Source: Eledone cirrhosa (lineage: Eukaryota). Taken from it: a stretch of 64,000 nucleotides of DNA. Of this stretch, positions 58,024-64,000 are shown piece after piece. Within the stretch, counting starts at the first letter, position 1. Every line of letters begins with the position of its first letter. The notes under the pieces are model-generated. The model was not told the DNA's origin. It searched no databases and worked only from the letters and a program-made list of their open reading frames with translations. A program made the position numbers and the translations under genes. The stretch is taken from positions 369,148,001-369,212,000 of the forward strand of contig OZ024740.1 in NCBI GenBank assembly GCA_964016885.1, in the 5' to 3' direction.

Positions 58024-58570
58024 TGGTGGCGGTGGTGTTGCTGGTGGTCATGGTGATGGTGATGGTAATGATGGGAGGGGTGTGGTGGCGTAGCTTACAA
58101 TAGCAGTGATGGTTGTATTGGAGCTTGTGGTGGTGATAGTGGTGGTGATGGTGGTGGCGGTTGTGGCGATGTTGGTGGTCTTGGTGGTGGTAGTCGTGAT
58201 GGTGGTGGTCGTGATGGTGGTGGTGGTGGTGGTGGTGTTGGTGGTGGTAGTCGTGATGGTGATGGTGGTGGTGGTGTTGGTGGTGGTGGTGGTGGTGCTG
58301 TAGGTGTCTGTAGTCGTGATGGTGGTGGTGGTAGTGTTGGTGGTGTAGGTGTCGGTAGTCGTGATGGTGGTGGTGGTGGTGGCTGTTGTGGCGATAGTGG
58401 TGGTATTTGTGATGGTGGTAGTCGTGATGGAGGTACCGGTGGTGCTGCTGGTGATGCGGGTGGTGTTATTGTTGTTATTGTTGTTGTTGTTATTGCTGTT
58501 GTCGTCGTTGGTAGTGGTAATAATGATAATGGTGATAATTATGGTGATGATGATGTGATGATGATGATAC
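58024..58570. repeat. Degenerate (GGT)n/(GTT)n/(GAT)n array
   Basis: Read directly from the sequence; recurring gtagtcgtgatggtggtg subunit. Confidence 0.9.
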
Positions 58571-58990
58571 TGGTAATAAAGAAGTCTAATATAGAGAAAG
58601 GGAATCTGACAGTGAGAAAGATTATATTGATTAAGATAATGACGATAATGATGATATTGAGGGTAGTCAGAACAAAAATTATAAAAATCAGCTGTCACCT
58701 ATTATTATTATTATTTTTTGTTATTATTGATCGTGTTCATACATATACGTGTCTCTATATATGTATGCCTCTGTGTGTCTATGAATGTGTGTTCTACATA
58801 TGCCTGTATGCATATCTCTATAAAAGTATTATATCATATCCATTATAACTGATTTCTTTATACAATCTCACGCATAAATACATGCATATGCATACATACA
58901 CACACACACATATATATATATATATGTATGTGTATGCGTGCGCGCGTGTGTGTGTGCGTGTTTTTGTATATATATATGTATATATATATG

Positions 58991-59055
<65 letters not shown>

Positions 59056-60918
59056 TTAACAGATTAAAGTTTAAGCAAAGAATCGAGCCCTCTTTTGATT
59101 TTAGTCTTCAAATTTATTATTATTACTATATATATATATATACATATACATACGCATTCATACAAACACCCACTCACGTATTCGTATATACACATATGTA
59201 TAGAAGTGAATGAGAAGCTAAGTACCCGCACTCGTTTCTGCGTACGTCTGTGCTTGTTCTTATATATGTGTAAGTAGAGGATGGTCAAATTACGAGATCG
59301 AAAGGAAACTCAGAGCGTCGTGATCAACTAAAACCCTGAAACAATTTTATGTTCGGGAACAAATCTATGAGACCGCTTAAGGAATACGTGAAGGATATAT
59401 ATCTATCCACCAATCAACCCATTTATACAACTAAATATTTATTCATCTATCACTTTTATTTTTCTTTCCCCATTTTTATATATTCGGGTACTTCAATATA
59501 TTCCATGATGAAGTACCCGTATATCAAGGTGTTTTCCTTCTCTCCTGAATAATATCAGAGCAATAATTTGTTTCATTTTCATGTGGTGATCTTAACCCTT
59601 TAATCTCCCTGATATATCTGCTGCTTTCTTGTAAACTGTTTCAATTTGTGTAACTAATTGCCCATTCATCATATATATATTTTTTATTTTTGTTAAGAGA
59701 GTTATTTTGCGGGATTTTAGCATGATGCAGTTGATATTTATCGGGCGAGTTGTTATCATTGTTGGTGAAAAGGAGTTGACCATGTACATATAATTATACC
59801 ATGTCAATGCTGTAATAATAATGTCTGTTAGAAATGGAATTGTTACACGTCCCATGTTCACTATAATATAGTACTAGTACGCTTGGATGGAATTCAAAGA
59901 GAAAACACAATGATAGATATATATTAGAGAGAGTATCATTATAATACCGTTTTCTTGAGAATTGCAGTATCTGTAGATCGTTCGACAAAATTGCTGTGGC
60001 ATTTATTTGCGGCGTTTTAAGCCCCAGGTAGCAAACACTCCAATGTTGACTTCCGTGTTCGATAAAATAAAATATGTGTCAATAAATGGAGTCGATATCA
60101 TCTACTATACATATAGTACATATACTTCAGATACCATCTTTAAAAACAAGACACGGCGTTACATACGTTTTCTAATCGTTTATTTGATATTTTTCCGAAG
60201 AGACTTTAAATACTGTTTGATAGGAATCCTCTGAAAAACTTCGAAGTCAGTGAAGTAATTTATGAGATGTACATATATGCGTTCATATATTTTAAATAAT
60301 GTTTAATTTGTTATAAAGAATGACAATATAATATTTTTCTTTGACGCTTTTGATTGGAAATGACAGGGTTATATTCCATGTTTATATTCCTAAACTGTTT
60401 CTAAGTGAATGTATATCTTGCACAATGAAATGAAAAGTCAAATTCCATGTACTTTCCTAAGATTTCATTTAATAAAGATCTCGAGGATCTGTTTGAACGG
60501 CGCGTGTGATTATTTTTATATCTCTTCCAGCTTTTTGCGTCTTGGGATCAATGTCAGCAACTTTTGCGAAATCATATTAATCTCTTATTTAATTCGAATA
60601 ACACCGGTCAAGTGGATTAGGGACAGTTAGTAAATATACAACTATACAATAGAATAAGAGAATGAGAGGATTCAAAGAAAATGAGAGTATTCAAAATATA
60701 GATCTCTTAGGCATTATCCTTTGCACATTTCAAGTGCAAATTAAGCATAGGCACGTACAACGTCTTTTTTCAAACATGCATGTTTATGAATTTATCTCTG
60801 TTTCTTTTCAGGGAAAGTATATTAAGGGAACATTATGAAAACATTTATTAGATTATTTTCGTTAGTTAATGTCCGATACAAGTATAGAAGAAATTGTATA
60901 TATGGAGCGAAACATATT

Positions 60919-61299
<381 letters not shown>

Positions 61300-61327
61300 A
61301 TTATCTATTATTTTTTCTAATCTATAC

Positions 61328-61478
<151 letters not shown>

Positions 61479-61506
61479 ATTATCTATTATTTTTTCTAAT
61501 CTATAC

Positions 61507-61568
<62 letters not shown>

Positions 61569-61888
61569 ATACATAGGTGTAAGTGCACTAAATCCCTTTC
61601 TATCACGCTCCACTCTCCTACCCACCACAGGAAGATATATGTATGTATATTGCTTCCACCCCCTCACTGACCAGCAGCTGGCCAGTTGGCCATTGCTAAA
61701 TCTGACCTTTATAAAATAACCCACACCCCAAATAACTTCTCATTCACTACCAGAAAGGGGCACAGCAGTCAACTTGTTGTTGCTACCTAGATGAAAACTA
61801 CTATGAAATCCCACACTGAATTTTATACTTGAATTTTCAAATCTCAAATTTTAACTCTTCGTATTATTAATTTTTCTTAATATTAATC

Positions 61889-61936
61889 AACATTTGAAAA
61901 GATGGCTTTTGCAGACCCATCGAAACCGGTCATTTT
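61889..61936 (+). ncRNA. Degenerate hammerhead
   Basis: aacat tTGAAaA gatgg cttttgcagac ccatc GAAA CCGG TC atttt; two core substitutions. Confidence 0.4.
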
Positions 61937-63456
61937 TTATACCCTTTATTATTTCCTTACCTTATAAAATTATATGTTTTTTCACAAAAAAGTATTCTGT
62001 CTCTTATATATTCCATGTGCCATTACCAACCTCAATTTTCTCTATAACCTTCGTTTTGTGTAGAAAATTACACTTTTCATATATATATATATATATTCCG
62101 GTCACATTATTGACAAATGCATTAAACTTTTCTGTAGGTTAACACTCAGATACAGCACATTTGAAAGCAATTATCATAACAGTATCTTTCAAGATCTAGA
62201 CATTTTATATCAGGCATCCACGGTTTATATCTATATTTCCATGATTTTTTACGACCAAGACTAAACACAGAATTACTTGTGTGACCGATGTTTCTGAGTA
62301 GGTTTCGAAATCTTCATGCATGCACACATTGCTTCAGAAACGCTAATGCTCAAAACTGGTCTTAATGAGCTACCACGGAAGAATATAACTCCCTAATAAA
62401 TATGTTCAAACGTGGACACATACTTTTAATACAGCCTGTTTAAAGGAAAAGCTGTCCCAAGTTGTATATATTTATATAGATTAAATAGGTCCTGCCCAAC
62501 GAAAGTTACTATAAACAGTGTCGCCACTATAAATAAAAAGCTACTTGTTAACTCGGTCGTGCGGCATCCGATATGTGCAAGGTTCGATTACCAGGCTGCC
62601 ATGTCTTTCCATATTTTACGCCGCAAGAGATACTTTAACTGAATTTCACAACTATTATTCATAGTGGTCGACTATTATGGTAATAATATTATTGTGGTCG
62701 ACATTTATGGTAAATGCTCTCTCAGTTTAAATTCCGCCGAGGTCAACTTTACCATCCATTTATTTTAGGTCGATTCATTAAGTACCTGGCGAGTAGAGAG
62801 CTTGATTCTTCATACATATCTCTCATTCTCTTCCTTCCTCTTACTCTCAATCCTTCTCTGAAATAAATCTGCTGTACTCAGGCCTGGAAATGGAGGATCT
62901 CCACCAGATTTTTAAAATATACCATAAGAATCTCGTCCACGACACTCTCGGGAGTTACTTGTTGATAAAATGCCCTATTTATATACTAATTAACAACTAC
63001 CTTCCACACATACTTTTCCTCACTCTTTTCTCTTCCCTTCAAACTTATTCTCTACCTGGTGTGACAATAATTCTTTCGTCTGATAATTCTCTGACGAATA
63101 GACGTGAAGCACTGTCTGTGTGCCTACACTTTCGTTTTCTCCGATATATATTTAACCTGCTTGTGTTGACAAATGATTAATGATTGTATAACCGTAAAGT
63201 GTTTTATTGTAAAATGTATCTATTTTTGTTTGTGATATACCTATTTCCCGACGACTCAGTTGTTCACTTCCTTCGGGAAGAAAGACAGTGCTGCCCGGTT
63301 AATGAGATATATTATTACCCGATGGGGACATCTCATGAGCACAGAATTTCTGTCTTCATCATTTTCTCTTCGGTTAATTTCTTGTTGTCCTAATATATTT
63401 GTCTATTTGTTAATAAAACACACATACACACACACACAAACACACACACACACACG

Positions 63457-63498
<42 letters not shown>

Positions 63499-63530
63499 CA
63501 CGCACACACACACACACACACACATACACG

Positions 63531-63604
<74 letters not shown>

Positions 63605-63860
63605 TATATATATATATGTGTGTGTGTGTGCGCGAGAGGGGGGGGCACGTGTGTGTGTTAGTTAAGTGCTTAACAACAGTTACAGGCGTCAGAAGCACTC
63701 GATGCTGTTTCGAGTTTCATTTCATGTGGCTTGTATTCCAATGTTACGGTTGTAGCGTGCAGAGCATAAGTAGATTTAAAAGAATCGAGTAAGTGCTGCA
63801 GCATATGTACAAACTTTAATTTGTTAGTATACGTGCTACAACACTGGATTCGACCCTCAT

Positions 63861-63911
<51 letters not shown>

Positions 63912-63966
63912 AATATATATAAAGTTAGCTCCACAACATGTAGCAAACCATCCTCGAGGATGCGTA

Positions 63967-64000
<34 letters not shown>

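Noticed and set aside
58048-58698. 216-aa Thr-rich mucin-like ORF upstream of the receptor exon
   Set aside because: It is a degenerate (ACC)n array with no splice or domain evidence.

Overview
Repeat-rich animal genomic DNA, not prokaryotic. It is probably from an octopod cephalopod, inferred from the SINE family and the extreme (AT)n density. The only host coding sequence I recognise is the first coding exon of a GABA-B receptor subunit-2-like gene on the minus strand (about 56699-57022). No downstream exon was recognised, so most of the window may be its intron 1. The rest is transposons and microsatellites: at least four decayed Penelope-like elements (RT and/or GIY-YIG) with inverted or direct pseudo-LTRs, many short fold-back pLTR remnants inside (TA)n, and a near-intact R4/Dong-type RLE retrotransposon back-to-back with an L1/Tx1-type LINE in (ATT)n arrays. 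There is also a non-autonomous Helitron, tRNA-derived SINEs and old RTE/CR1 fragments. The main signal is about 15-18 type I hammerhead ribozyme motifs, found by eye, from unrelated sequence families. Most have palindromic stem III, several have very long or branched stem II (up to about 105 nt), one is a full three-stem motif, and several have a CCGA core in place of CUGA. Nearly all ORFs in the supplied track are microsatellite artefacts. All structures were read manually; none was computed.
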